A stretch of DNA of 64,000 bases from an uncultured Clostridia bacterium (GCA_947581805.1 CANPVM010000001.1:249712-313711); one strand, 5' to 3'; shown: positions 50,466 through 61,431, counted from the stretch's first letter. Numbers and translations are program-made. Notes: a model not told the origin generated them from the letters alone.

Positions 50466-51660
50466 TATTGAATTATTAACAGTTATTTTAACAGTGATTT
50501 TGGGCATTATGGTAATGCTACTAATAATTTTAGGAGTAGTTTACTTCACTTCCAAAACAAAATCAAATACTATAAAAGAAGAGAATAAAAACAAAGAACA
50601 AAAGAAAAAAGTAAAAAAGTGTAAAGAATATACAACAGAGTCAATCATGAATTTTATGGAATTTGATACCGTAGTAGACAATATGATTTCTCAAAAAGAT
50701 GGAATGCGTTATATTATGGTAGTAGAATGTCAAGGAATTAACTATGATTTAATGTCAGAAGTAGAAAAAAATTCAGTAGAAGAGGGATTTGTTCAATTTT
50801 TAAATACTTTAAGGCATCCAGTACAAATTTATACTCAAACAAGAACTATTAATTTAAATAGTAGTATTCAAACTTATAAAGATAAAATAAAAGATATTCA
50901 ATACGCATTAGAAAAACAAGAAATGCAATATAATCAAATGGTACGTTCTGAAAATTATACACAAGAAGAGCTAAATAAAGCTTATTTTGAATTAACAAAG
51001 CAAAGAAATTTATATGAATATGGTAAAGATATTATATATAATACAGAGAAAATGAGTTTAAATAAAAATGTATTGAATAAAAAATATTATGTTGTCATTC
51101 CATACTTTGTAGAAGAATTAGAAGATAGTAATTTTGATAAAGAAGAAGAAAGAAATATGGCATTTTCTGAATTGTATACAAGGGCACAATCTGTAGTAAG
51201 GACTTTAGGCGTTTGTGGAATCAATGCAAGAGTTATGACTTCTAATGAATTAGTAGAATTATTATATATGGCTTATAATAGAGACGAAGCAGAAGTATAT
51301 GGACTAGATAAAGCACTAAAAGCAGGATATGATGAATTATATACAACAGCACCAGATGTAATAGACAAACAGATGAAAGCATTAGATAAAGAAATAGAAG
51401 AACAAGCACTAGCCAAAGCAAAAGAAAAAGTAAGTCAAGCAAAATCTGAAAAACAAAAAGCATTACAGGGAAAGAAAGAAAAGAAAAGAGATTTAATTGA
51501 TGAATTGGCTAAGCTAATGATACAAGAAAATGTGCAAATATTAGGAACTGATATTGCAGAAAATGCAATTCAAAAAATTGAACAAGAGAAAAAAGGAGGA
51601 ACAAAAGAAGATGGCAAAAAAACTAGACAAACAAGAGCTAGAAAAACAAAGACAGCTTAA
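50458..51660 (+). CDS. T4SS-associated membrane-anchored protein (400 aa) with VirB4-N-terminal-like segment and coiled-coil C-terminus
   Basis: N-terminal TM; 'DGMRYIMVVECQGINYDLMSEVEKNSVEEGFVQFLNTLRHPVQIYTQTR' resembles the CagE/TrbE/VirB4 N-terminal motif (DG.l...w..G.D..a..e.....l...L...); overlaps VirB4 gene by 50 nt. Confidence 0.4.
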   Translation: MDSIELLTVILTVILGIMVMLLIILGVVYFTSKTKSNTIKEENKNKEQKKKVKKCKEYTTESIMNFMEFDTVVDNMISQKDGMRYIMVVECQGINYDLMSEVEKNSVEEGFVQFLNTLRHPVQIYTQTRTINLNSSIQTYKDKIKDIQYALEKQEMQYNQMVRSENYTQEELNKAYFELTKQRNLYEYGKDIIYNTEKMSLNKNVLNKKYYVVIPYFVEELEDSNFDKEEERNMAFSELYTRAQSVVRTLGVCGINARVMTSNELVELLYMAYNRDEAEVYGLDKALKAGYDELYTTAPDVIDKQMKALDKEIEEQALAKAKEKVSQAKSEKQKALQGKKEKKRDLIDELAKLMIQENVQILGTDIAENAIQKIEQEKKGGTKEDGKKTRQTRARKTKTA

Positions 51661-53584
51661 TAATGATTATTCTAATCCAGATGAATATCAAATTTTAAAA
51701 AGAAAAACCATTAAAGAGTTAATTGCTCCTTCTGGAATAGATGCAAGTAATATTGACCATTTAGAAATTATTTCTAATGTCACTAGATATGCAAGAAGTT
51801 TCTTTGTATCTACACTTCCAAGAATGGCAACTTTCCCAGAATTATTTAGAGATATGTACTTATTTGGAGATATTAATACTTCTATTTATATTAACCCAAT
51901 TGCAGAATCAAAATCACAAAACGAACTAAATAGAACAATTAATGAACTAGAAACAGAAAGAATTGTAGCAGCAGATAAAGGAAATATTAATAGGGAAAGT
52001 ACATTAGGACAAAAAAGATGGGAAGCGGAGCAATTAAGAGATGAAATTGCAGCAGGTTATAACAAATTATATGAAGCATCCATTGTATCTACTCTGTTTG
52101 CTTATAGTCTAGAAGATTTAAATAGATATACAAAATTATTAGCCTCTGAAATGTCAAAGTCATTAGTTGGAGTAAAAAGTGCTTGGGGAATGCAAGAAGA
52201 AGCTTTTCAAAGTAATTTACCATTAATGCAAGATAAAATGAAAAAAATCCATACTTTTGATAGACGTTCTATGGCAACTGTATTTCCATTTACTACTTCA
52301 GAAGTAGGACATCCAACAGGAATTCCACTAGGTTTTAATAAACAAACAGGAGTACCAATTTTATTTGATAACTTTCATTCTTCTTTAACTAATTATAATA
52401 TGGTTATCTTTGCAAAATCTGGTGCTGGTAAATCAGTTACAATGAAAACTTTAATTTCACGTTCTGCTGTATTAATGGGAATTCAAAGTTTAGCGCTAGA
52501 TGCTGAAGGTGAATATTCTATTGTAGCAGAAAGCTTAGGCGGAATTAATGTAGTAATTAGCCCAACTTCAAAAACAGTTATTAACTTATTTGATATTGAA
52601 CCAGAAATGATTAGAGATGAAATTACAGGAAAATCAAGAACAATTATAAATGTAGAAAATAAAGTAGAAGACGTAACGCAAGCTTTACTTACAATGGCAA
52701 GAGGTAGTACAAGATCACAAGAGGTAAATGAACTTACTAAACAGATTATATCAGAAGCTGTTGCAGAAGAATATGAAGCAATTCAAATTACCAGTGACCC
52801 ATCTAGTTTATATCAATCTGACACAATGAGTGGTGACATTTTAGGAAGACAAAAAAAGGATATGCCAACGATTGGTTCATGGTATAAAAGAATTTTAAAA
52901 AAAGCAGAAGAAAATACAAATGAAGATTATCAATTCCATTATAGCTATTTAATTAAAGTCATGAAACAATACATTCGTGAATATAATGGGCAAATGGCTT
53001 ATTTTGATGGACAATCCACCTTTGATTTATTAGATGGAACATTATTTATCAACTTAGATATTTCTCAACTAGAAGAAAGATTTGCAAGACCACTTGCACA
53101 ACAAATCTTACTTTCTTGGATTTGGGAAAAATACGTAAAAAAGAACAGTGAAGATAGAACAAAAGCTTCCAAAAAAAGAGTATTAGTAGATGAAGCATGG
53201 ATGTTACTTCCATACCCAGAAGCTGTAGACTTTTTAAACACAATGGCACGTCGTGCTAGAAAGAGAAATGTATCTTTAGCAATTATTTCTCAAAGATTCC
53301 AAGATTTCTATGAAAAGCCAGAAGCACAAGCAGTTTTAACTTCATCTGATACGAAGTTATTCTTAGCACAAGATAAATCCGAAATAGAATACTTAAAAGA
53401 AGTATTTAAATTAAGTTCTGGAGAAGCAAACTTTTTAGTAACTTGCTTTAAAGGAGAGGGACTTTTAAAAGTAGGAGCAGATACAGCTATTATTCAGATA
53501 AGACCAACGGCAAAAGAATTTGAATTTGTGGAAACAAATATCAACAAGTTGGTGCAAATGAACAAAAAAAGAGAGGAATACTAA
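51611..53584 (+). CDS. VirB4-family T4SS ATPase (TcpF/PrgJ/Orf16-type)
   Basis: Start ATG 51611 after RBS aaaggagga; N-terminus 'ELIAPSGIDASNIDHLEI...YARSFFVSTLPRMATFPELF'; Walker A 'FAKSGAGKSVT'; signature 'VLVDEAWMLL' (DEAW box). Confidence 0.85.
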   Translation: MAKKLDKQELEKQRQLNNDYSNPDEYQILKRKTIKELIAPSGIDASNIDHLEIISNVTRYARSFFVSTLPRMATFPELFRDMYLFGDINTSIYINPIAESKSQNELNRTINELETERIVAADKGNINRESTLGQKRWEAEQLRDEIAAGYNKLYEASIVSTLFAYSLEDLNRYTKLLASEMSKSLVGVKSAWGMQEEAFQSNLPLMQDKMKKIHTFDRRSMATVFPFTTSEVGHPTGIPLGFNKQTGVPILFDNFHSSLTNYNMVIFAKSGAGKSVTMKTLISRSAVLMGIQSLALDAEGEYSIVAESLGGINVVISPTSKTVINLFDIEPEMIRDEITGKSRTIINVENKVEDVTQALLTMARGSTRSQEVNELTKQIISEAVAEEYEAIQITSDPSSLYQSDTMSGDILGRQKKDMPTIGSWYKRILKKAEENTNEDYQFHYSYLIKVMKQYIREYNGQMAYFDGQSTFDLLDGTLFINLDISQLEERFARPLAQQILLSWIWEKYVKKNSEDRTKASKKRVLVDEAWMLLPYPEAVDFLNTMARRARKRNVSLAIISQRFQDFYEKPEAQAVLTSSDTKLFLAQDKSEIEYLKEVFKLSSGEANFLVTCFKGEGLLKVGADTAIIQIRPTAKEFEFVETNINKLVQMNKKREEY

Positions 53585-53602
53585 AAGAAAGGAAAAATTA
53601 GT

Positions 53603-56272
53603 ATGAAAAATATTGCAAAAAAAAGCATACTACAAAAGATAACAATAACAATATTAACAGTTTTATTACTTTCTAATTTCATAGTTCCAACTTATTCTCA
53701 TGCCGATTGGGGAGGAGCATTAATGAGTCCTATAGTAGATTTACTTTGTTCTGTTGGAGACGTTGTGGTTAATTTACTACAAAAGTGTATGACAGGACAT
53801 TTTGCTAGTGTAGGTGCACCAGATTTTTCTTTTAATATGTTTATGGTAGAAGATGATGAGTTTTGGGCAAATGGGAGCGGGAGATATTCAGACTATATTA
53901 TAGATTCTGGAGAAGCTAAAAATATAGCTATTACAGAAACTATAAACGTAGATGCAAAAGATGCAAATGGAAAAGATATTGGTTTTGAAAAGGGATGGCT
54001 TAATGGATCAGATAAATATCATATTCCAATAGCAACTTATAGTCCAGAGCAAATATTTACAGGAAATGTATCAGGATTAGATATAAATTTCATTAACCCT
54101 GATAAATCTAAATTTGGAGAAACAACAGATAAAGAAGGAAATAAAATTGTAGATAGCTCAGCAGGAAGATTACAATCTACTATTGCCACATGGTATGTTG
54201 CATTACGTAACCTAACAGTAGTAGGTTTATTATCTGTATTAGTATATGTAGGAATTCGTATTATTCTATCAAGTACAGCTTCTGATAAAGCAAAATATAA
54301 GCAAATGTTAGTAGATTGGTTAATTGCATTATGCTTAGTCTTTTTCCTACATTATATTATGTCTTTTGTTTTAACAATGACAGAATCAATTTGTACGGCA
54401 ATAGGGCATGGTGCAACTGATATTTATGTACAAGTTCAATCAACAGATAATGGAGAAGGAATATTTAAAACAAATCTATTAGGTTTAGCAAGGTTTAAAA
54501 CGCAATATGCAGACTTTGGCCAAAAAATGGCTTATCTAATTATGTACTTAGCATTAGTAATATATACTTTAATTTTTACATGGTTTTACTTAAAAAGGTT
54601 ACTTATGATGGCATTTTTAACTCTAATAGCGCCAGTAGTTGCTCTTACATACCCAATAGATAAAATGAACGATGGAAAGGCACAAGCTTTTAATTCATGG
54701 TTAAAAGAATATGTATTTAATGCATTAATACAACCATTTCATTTAATTATTTATATGGTATTTGTAGGAAGTGCTATGGATTTAGCAACTACCAATATTA
54801 TTTATATGATTGCTGCTCTAGGCTTTATCCTATCAGCTGAAAAAATATTAAGAAAATTCTTCGGATTTGAAAAAGCAGGAGCAGGAACTTTAGGTGCATT
54901 AGCTAGTGGAGCAGCCATAGGTTCACTTGCGAAAAAGGCAATTGGAGGTGCAGGAAAGGCAGTCTCAGGAAAATCATCTGGAGGAAAAACAACAGAAGAA
55001 GGAGATAAACCACCAAGATTCGAAAGACGACATGATGTTTCTCAAATTGAAGCAAATAATAATATAGGCAGTGAAGATAATCAAATAGAAGAATCTAGTA
55101 TTCCTAATTCAGAATTAACTTCTCATGCTGATGAATTTGCAACACTATCTGGTGCTAGCCCAAGTGAAACTAATGCAGAATATGGAATAAATGAGAATAA
55201 TACTACTCCTTCTGGAATTATTTTACCAGATAGTTACATACAAAGACAACAACAAGAACAAGCAAGAAGAAATAGAGAACAGCAAGCACAAGAAGAAGCA
55301 GAAAGAATACAAAGAGCACAACAACAACCACAAGAACAACCACAACAACAGAATAGTAGACTTGCAAATTGGACACGAGCACATAATATTAATGGTCGTT
55401 CAGCAATGAAGTTAGTTGGAAGAGCGGCTAGATTTGCAACAAGGACTACATTTAAAGCAGGAGCAGGAACCTTAGCAGCGGCAGTAACATTAGCTAGTGG
55501 TGGAGGACTTGCAGGAGCAGCAGGTGCATTTGCTGTTGGATCAAGCGTTGGAGGAAGATTAGGAAATCGTGTTGCTGATGCAGGAGTAGCAATAGGAAGA
55601 GGAGCAGAAAGAGTAGTAAGAGCAGGAGAGATATATGCCCAAGCATCAACAGATGAAGAAGCTATAGAGGGAGCAAAAGATGCACTTTTTGCTGGAACAA
55701 GATTAGGACGAGAACTAGATTTAGCAAATGGAAATACAAGATATCAAACAGCAGGTGAAACGAGAGAATGGAAAAATAATCAAGATAATTTGAACTATCT
55801 AAGAGATCAAATGGCGGCTCAAAATGGTGGAGTTGTTCCATCAGCAAGAGATGTAAAAAATCAAATGAATTCTTTCGACCCATATTTAGCAGAAGGCTTA
55901 ACGGATATTAAACAAATGCTAAAAGCTCAAAAAGCAGAACAATTTGGAATTAGTGGTAAACAATCTGCTATTATTGCCGCAATAGGAAAAGAAAAGGGAA
56001 TTACAGCAGACGTATTAAATGATAATAAAAAAGCAGCAGCACAACAAGCAAATCTAAAACAAGACTTTATGAATAAGGGTTATTCAGCAGCGGATGCTGC
56101 AAGACAAGCAGACTATACCATGAATGTGCTAAAAGTACAAAATGGAGTAGCGCATAATTTACAGAAAGTTGAAAAACCAGCAGAAGCAAAGCCACAACAG
56201 TTACAACAGTCAAGTCAACCACAACAGGCAAGACAACCAAGACAACCAAGACAACCAAGACAAACTAAATAA
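53603..56272 (+). CDS. VirB6-like polytopic membrane protein (TcpH/PrgH-type) with Gly/Ala-rich and Gln/Pro-rich C-terminal tail
   Basis: 889 aa; signal peptide; block of about 6 TM helices (aa ~195-420); tail with 'QQQEQARRNREQQAQEEAERIQRAQQQPQEQPQQQ' and 'QQSSQPQQARQPRQPRQPRQTK'. Confidence 0.55.
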   Translation: MKNIAKKSILQKITITILTVLLLSNFIVPTYSHADWGGALMSPIVDLLCSVGDVVVNLLQKCMTGHFASVGAPDFSFNMFMVEDDEFWANGSGRYSDYIIDSGEAKNIAITETINVDAKDANGKDIGFEKGWLNGSDKYHIPIATYSPEQIFTGNVSGLDINFINPDKSKFGETTDKEGNKIVDSSAGRLQSTIATWYVALRNLTVVGLLSVLVYVGIRIILSSTASDKAKYKQMLVDWLIALCLVFFLHYIMSFVLTMTESICTAIGHGATDIYVQVQSTDNGEGIFKTNLLGLARFKTQYADFGQKMAYLIMYLALVIYTLIFTWFYLKRLLMMAFLTLIAPVVALTYPIDKMNDGKAQAFNSWLKEYVFNALIQPFHLIIYMVFVGSAMDLATTNIIYMIAALGFILSAEKILRKFFGFEKAGAGTLGALASGAAIGSLAKKAIGGAGKAVSGKSSGGKTTEEGDKPPRFERRHDVSQIEANNNIGSEDNQIEESSIPNSELTSHADEFATLSGASPSETNAEYGINENNTTPSGIILPDSYIQRQQQEQARRNREQQAQEEAERIQRAQQQPQEQPQQQNSRLANWTRAHNINGRSAMKLVGRAARFATRTTFKAGAGTLAAAVTLASGGGLAGAAGAFAVGSSVGGRLGNRVADAGVAIGRGAERVVRAGEIYAQASTDEEAIEGAKDALFAGTRLGRELDLANGNTRYQTAGETREWKNNQDNLNYLRDQMAAQNGGVVPSARDVKNQMNSFDPYLAEGLTDIKQMLKAQKAEQFGISGKQSAIIAAIGKEKGITADVLNDNKKAAAQQANLKQDFMNKGYSAADAARQADYTMNVLKVQNGVAHNLQKVEKPAEAKPQQLQQSSQPQQARQPRQPRQPRQTK

Positions 56273-56353
56273 TTAAAAGAAAAAGCCTAAACACAAAAGA
56301 AAATAAAGAAATAAGCAAAAATATGTTAAAAAAGTAAGGGGGCTATTATCGTT

Positions 56354-57286
56354 ATGAATAAAATAATTAGGTACTTTAATCAAAATAGAAAAAAAATTAT
56401 TTTAGGAGTAGCGATAATAGTCTCTATTATTATTTTCATTCAAATATTAAACCAAATGGCAAAAAATCAGAAGGAAAAAAATAATACCATGATACCTCAA
56501 GAGGATTTATCTGATTTACCAATACAATCAATGATAACAGCAGAAACAGTAGATAAAGAAACAACACAGGAAAATGTAAACTTAGTAGAGCAATTTATTA
56601 ACTTATGTAATCAAGGTAATTCCAAAGAAGCATACAATATGCTATCAGAGGAATGCAAAACTGCATTATTTTCTACAGAAGAACAGTTTTTAAAAGGATA
56701 TTATAATATTATATTTACACAAACAAAATTATATGGAATACAAAACTTTCGTAATACATCTGGTTATTATACATATCAAGTTAAATTTTATAATGATGCT
56801 CTAGCAACAGGTAAAATGCAAGAGTCAGGTATATATCAAGACTATATTACAATTGATAAAAAACAAAATAAATTAAATATTAATAGTTTTATTCGAAAAC
56901 AAGAATGTAATAAAACAGTGGAAGAAAACGGAATACAAATTACAGTATTAAGTAAAGAAGTGTATAAAGAACATGAAAAGTATAATATTTTAGTAAAAAA
57001 TAATACCCAAAAGACAATTTTAATTGATACTAAAAAATCTACGCAAAGTGTATATGCTATTGGAAGTGACAATGGCAGATATGATTCTTTTATGTCTGAA
57101 ATTGCAGATAATTGGTTACGTATAGAGAAAGGTTTTACAAAAAATTATCAATTAAAAATTAATAAAATTTATAACCCTTCTGTTACCATAAGGGCAATCT
57201 GTTTTAGTGATATTGTAACAGACGAAGAAATGTATAAAAATGAAGTAGAAAGTAAAGAAAGGCTAAAAATAACAATAAATCTATAA
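56354..57286 (+). CDS. membrane-anchored extracytoplasmic protein, candidate VirB8-like (NTF2-like) T4SS component
   Basis: Single N-terminal TM followed by 280-aa soluble domain; position between VirB6-like and hydrolase genes as in Gram-positive T4SS loci. Confidence 0.35.
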   Translation: MNKIIRYFNQNRKKIILGVAIIVSIIIFIQILNQMAKNQKEKNNTMIPQEDLSDLPIQSMITAETVDKETTQENVNLVEQFINLCNQGNSKEAYNMLSEECKTALFSTEEQFLKGYYNIIFTQTKLYGIQNFRNTSGYYTYQVKFYNDALATGKMQESGIYQDYITIDKKQNKLNINSFIRKQECNKTVEENGIQITVLSKEVYKEHEKYNILVKNNTQKTILIDTKKSTQSVYAIGSDNGRYDSFMSEIADNWLRIEKGFTKNYQLKINKIYNPSVTIRAICFSDIVTDEEMYKNEVESKERLKITINL

Positions 57287-57300
57287 ATTAGGTGGTGAAT

Positions 57301-60021
57301 ATGGAAGATAACCAAAATAACGAAACAACACAAGAAAAGATAGAAGAAACTGTAAATGCGGCAAAAGATGCAAGTAAATTAGCAGCTAATGTAGCCTCAG
57401 GTAACGTGGCTGGAATAGCTAAAAATGCAATCAATCTTCTAAAAAACAAACAATTTCAAAAACAACTAAAAAAAGCATTAATTTTAGGTATGCTAAAAAT
57501 TATATTGTTATTTGTAGTTATAGCATCTATAGCGGGTATTTTATTTAGTATCTTTAATACAGTTACTGAAAAGCTAGCTGATATTGCTTCTCAAATAGGA
57601 GATTTTGCAAGTAATACATGGAGATGGATTACAGATAATTATTGGATTGATATTAATAAAGAGATTTTGATTACAGCAGAAGATGGAACACAAAAGACAC
57701 AAACAATTGTGGACCACTATATGGAACAATTAGAAACATTGGGAATTTCTTTACAAGACTTAAAATTACTTGGAGAGGCAGATTATAGTAATCCTAATTT
57801 ACTAGAAGATGAAAAAAGCAAAGCAATAGTACAAAAATATCTTTCTGAATTTGTTAAAGCAGATATCATATCACAAGAAATTCATCGTCAACATAGTGGC
57901 AATGATTTAGTTAATCCTTCTGATGAAGACGGAAGTGAAATAGACGGAGGAGTATATTTATATCGTACAATGAATGAAGTAACAACGGAAGGAACAATTG
58001 GCTTAGATAATTCAACCCTTGTCAGAATGGAATATACAGATTATAATACATTCAAAAAATATCTAACAGAGGTAGAATCATACAATAGAGATTATGATAA
58101 AGCAAAAAAAATGTTTACTATTGATGATCAAACAGGGAAACTATTATATTATCAAGTAAGTAGAAATTATGAAGATGATTCTGAAGATGTTAATATTACG
58201 GTTTCTCATCCAGAAGTAAATATAGAAGAGGTAACAGTAGATTATAAGCCACTAATTCAAAAATATGCTATGCCTTTTGAATTTTTAGTTAACTTATGTA
58301 TGATTACACAAAACCCAGAATATGTATATCATGTAGCACATTTAGCAAGAAATACAAATATTCAATTAGTAATATTAGATAGTATATATCAAGAAGATGT
58401 AGAAGAGAAAATCATAGGAGATTATGCAGAATACCAAAAAATAATACATTTAGATTCCGATGAAGAATCAGAAGGTGAAGAAGAATGGGAACAACTTGGA
58501 AGTCAACAAGATAGAGAATTTGAAAGCAAGGTAAAGTATAAAGTAAGCAGTACATCAGAAATAAAGGTTTTGAAAGTAGATACATGGTCTTATACACAAT
58601 TAAATACATTTACTAACCAAATCATTCCAGGCGCTAATGAAGGTACAAATAGTGAAACATTACCTGATGAAATAGAAAGTACAAGAGAACCTTTTGGACC
58701 AGCTTATCCAGATCTTTTATTAGAACAAAGGAAAGAAAAAACAAATCTTAAAAAAGAAACTACAATAACTAGTAAATCAAATGAGTATAGGGAAAATATT
58801 GTTGTAGATGAGATTATAAAAACAAAGCAATTTCTAGGATTACTTAGAAATGATACTGGCAAATGTTATAATGAAACATGTTATGCTAATAAAGAATCTG
58901 TACAAAGCTGTGTAGACCACGCAGTTTTCAATAAAAATGGATATAATGTAAGTTATAGAATACCAGGAAGTACACGTCAAGAAATGCCATTAAGTAAATT
59001 GCAAAGTGGAGCAGAAATGTTGTATGCATTATTAGAAATGCAGAATAATGACAATACAGACGAATTAAATAATTATAATCAAAAAATGCAAGGATTAAAA
59101 GAATATATTCAATATGTGCTAACATTCCCAGAAAATGAATCCGTTGACCTAAATGATGATGAGTTTAATGACTTCTTAAATAATTATGAGTATGGTAATG
59201 TTACCTATGGTATGTTTTGGTGGCCACTAGATCCAAATGCCGATGTAAGAATTTCATCTTTCTTTGGACCTCGTAGAGCACCAACTCCAACAGCATCTAC
59301 AAACCATGGAGCAATTGATATTGCAGTTGCAACAGGAACGGATGTCCTTGCTTCTGCTGATGGCGTAGTAGAATATGTTGGTTATGATCCAGATGGTTAT
59401 GGTAATTATGTGACAATTAATCATCAAAATGGCTATAAAACTAGATATGCACATAATAGTGAAATATTAGTTCAAACAAACGACATTGTAACAAGAGGGC
59501 AAGTGATTGCAAAATCTGGTTCAACAGGAAATTCAACAGGGCCACATCTACATTTTGAAATTCACTTAAATGGAACAAAGATAGACCCACTGGACTATGT
59601 TAGTATTACAAATAAACAGCCTATGGCAAGTACTTATACTGCTAATAGTTCAGAACAATTGGATATTATTTATGCAGTAGTAGCACAAGAATGTGCATCA
59701 AGTTATGAAGGAGCATTAGCTGTTATTAGTTGTGTATTAAATCGTTGTGAATCTCCTGCATGGCAAGCATATGGTGGACATGACCCATATAGACAAATTA
59801 CTTTTTCTGGACAATTTGCTTATTCAGAATTAGTAGATAGCGGGCAACACTATAAGCAATATTTAGGGGGAAAAGCACCAGACTATGTTAAACAAGCAGT
59901 AGATGATGCACTAACAAAAGGTATTCGAAACCATACTTATACAAGATTCAGAACTAATACAGAACAATGTAGAAAAGACCATCCAATTGGAACAGATATA
60001 GGTGGAAATTGGTATTTCTAA
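57301..60021 (+). CDS. T4SS-type peptidoglycan hydrolase (VirB1/PrgK/TcpG-like): N-terminal TM, M23 (LytM) peptidase domain + C-terminal SleB-like (Hydrolase_2) domain
   Basis: M23: 'HGAIDIAVATGTDVLASADGVVEYVG...YGNYVTINH...YAHNSE...GSTGNSTGPHLHFEI'. SleB-like: 'AVVAQECASSYEGALAVISCVLNRCESPAW...ITFSGQFAY'. Start ATG 57301 after RBS aggtgg. Confidence 0.75.
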   Translation: MEDNQNNETTQEKIEETVNAAKDASKLAANVASGNVAGIAKNAINLLKNKQFQKQLKKALILGMLKIILLFVVIASIAGILFSIFNTVTEKLADIASQIGDFASNTWRWITDNYWIDINKEILITAEDGTQKTQTIVDHYMEQLETLGISLQDLKLLGEADYSNPNLLEDEKSKAIVQKYLSEFVKADIISQEIHRQHSGNDLVNPSDEDGSEIDGGVYLYRTMNEVTTEGTIGLDNSTLVRMEYTDYNTFKKYLTEVESYNRDYDKAKKMFTIDDQTGKLLYYQVSRNYEDDSEDVNITVSHPEVNIEEVTVDYKPLIQKYAMPFEFLVNLCMITQNPEYVYHVAHLARNTNIQLVILDSIYQEDVEEKIIGDYAEYQKIIHLDSDEESEGEEEWEQLGSQQDREFESKVKYKVSSTSEIKVLKVDTWSYTQLNTFTNQIIPGANEGTNSETLPDEIESTREPFGPAYPDLLLEQRKEKTNLKKETTITSKSNEYRENIVVDEIIKTKQFLGLLRNDTGKCYNETCYANKESVQSCVDHAVFNKNGYNVSYRIPGSTRQEMPLSKLQSGAEMLYALLEMQNNDNTDELNNYNQKMQGLKEYIQYVLTFPENESVDLNDDEFNDFLNNYEYGNVTYGMFWWPLDPNADVRISSFFGPRRAPTPTASTNHGAIDIAVATGTDVLASADGVVEYVGYDPDGYGNYVTINHQNGYKTRYAHNSEILVQTNDIVTRGQVIAKSGSTGNSTGPHLHFEIHLNGTKIDPLDYVSITNKQPMASTYTANSSEQLDIIYAVVAQECASSYEGALAVISCVLNRCESPAWQAYGGHDPYRQITFSGQFAYSELVDSGQHYKQYLGGKAPDYVKQAVDDALTKGIRNHTYTRFRTNTEQCRKDHPIGTDIGGNWYF

Positions 60022-60034
60022 AAGGAGGTAAAAA

Positions 60035-61315
60035 GTGAATTTAAAAAAAGGAATGCTTATTATCCTTAGTATAATTATTATTTTAATTGTAATATTAATG
60101 GTTATCCTCACTTTGCCAAAAAAAGAAAAGTTGCAACAATCAGAACAAAGACAAGATGGTGCAGAAAATGTAATAATAGAATATGAAAAAATAGCAAAAG
60201 TAAAAGACAGAAATACTTTCTTTACAATAGCATCTTGCATTGATCAATATTTAATCAAAGTTCTTAGCAAAGATACACAAAGTATTTATAATTTGCTATC
60301 TGTGGAGTATATTACAAAAAATCAAATTACGTTAGATAATGTATTAAGTAAGGTAGAAAGTTATAGCAAACCACAAATCTTTTCTGGCAAAGCAATGTAT
60401 GAAGTAAATAACACAGACAGGTTATCTACTTACTATGTAGAAGGAACCATTCGAGATGATGTATTTGGAGAGCAATATTCAAAAGGAACACCAATAAAAA
60501 TAGCGGTACAAATAGACAAAGTAAATAAAACATATGCAATTTTACCGAACGAAACTGTACCAGTTTCATTTAACGAAATACCAAAAACTACAATTACTAA
60601 TATAGAGCCAAAAGGAGTAAATATTTATTACAGCACAAATATGTTAGATACGCAAATGGCAAGCATGTATTTAAAAGATTATGCTAAACTTTTAAATACA
60701 AATATTGAAGAAGCTTATAGTAAATTACAAGAAGAATATAGACAAAAAAGATTTCCAACAAAAGAATCTTTAGAAGAATATGTAAAAATAAAAAAAGACT
60801 ATGTATTAGAGCCACAAGCTAAATCAGTTAGTGTGTCAAAAACAGAGCAAGAAACAATCTATACTATAAGAGATTATTATGGAAATAGATATATTATAAA
60901 AGAAACTGCAGTATTAGATTATACAATAGAATTAGATGACTATACTTTAGAAAATACTACATTTGAAGAAACCTATGCAAAATCCAATAATAGGGATAAA
61001 GGTTTATTGAATGCAGATAAATTCTTTGAAATGATTAATATGCAAGATTTTGAAAGTGCATACTCTTTATTAGATAGTAACTTTAAACAAAATCAGTTTA
61101 AAACCCAACAAGCTTTTGAAACTTATATAAAAGAAAATTTATTTATGCTAAATACAGTAAATTATATAGAATATAATAGTCAAATTGTAGGGATTCATAC
61201 ATACAAGGCTATTGTAACAGATGCAACAGAACAAAGCAAAAAAGAAGTTACATTGAATATAGTTATAAAATTGTTAGAAGGAACAGATTTTGTTATGTCA
61301 TTTTCAATCAATTAA
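60035..61315 (+). CDS. membrane-anchored extracytoplasmic protein (426 aa), T4SS cluster-associated
   Basis: GTG start after RBS aaggagg; N-terminal TM; soluble remainder; followed by terminator. Confidence 0.4.
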   Translation: MNLKKGMLIILSIIIILIVILMVILTLPKKEKLQQSEQRQDGAENVIIEYEKIAKVKDRNTFFTIASCIDQYLIKVLSKDTQSIYNLLSVEYITKNQITLDNVLSKVESYSKPQIFSGKAMYEVNNTDRLSTYYVEGTIRDDVFGEQYSKGTPIKIAVQIDKVNKTYAILPNETVPVSFNEIPKTTITNIEPKGVNIYYSTNMLDTQMASMYLKDYAKLLNTNIEEAYSKLQEEYRQKRFPTKESLEEYVKIKKDYVLEPQAKSVSVSKTEQETIYTIRDYYGNRYIIKETAVLDYTIELDDYTLENTTFEETYAKSNNRDKGLLNADKFFEMINMQDFESAYSLLDSNFKQNQFKTQQAFETYIKENLFMLNTVNYIEYNSQIVGIHTYKAIVTDATEQSKKEVTLNIVIKLLEGTDFVMSFSIN

Positions 61316-61320
61316 TAAAA

Positions 61321-61352
61321 AGCGAGCTGAAAATTTTAGGCTCGCTATATTT
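61321..61352 (+). terminator. rho-independent terminator (agcgagc/gctcgct + T-rich)
   Basis: 7-bp GC-rich stem with 11-nt loop then 'atatttattt'. Confidence 0.6.
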
Positions 61353-61431
61353 ATTTAGTAGTAAATAAGATAGAGCTTATTTCTATTTACACTAAACTAA
61401 CATATATGATAGAATAATAATAGGTGATGAT

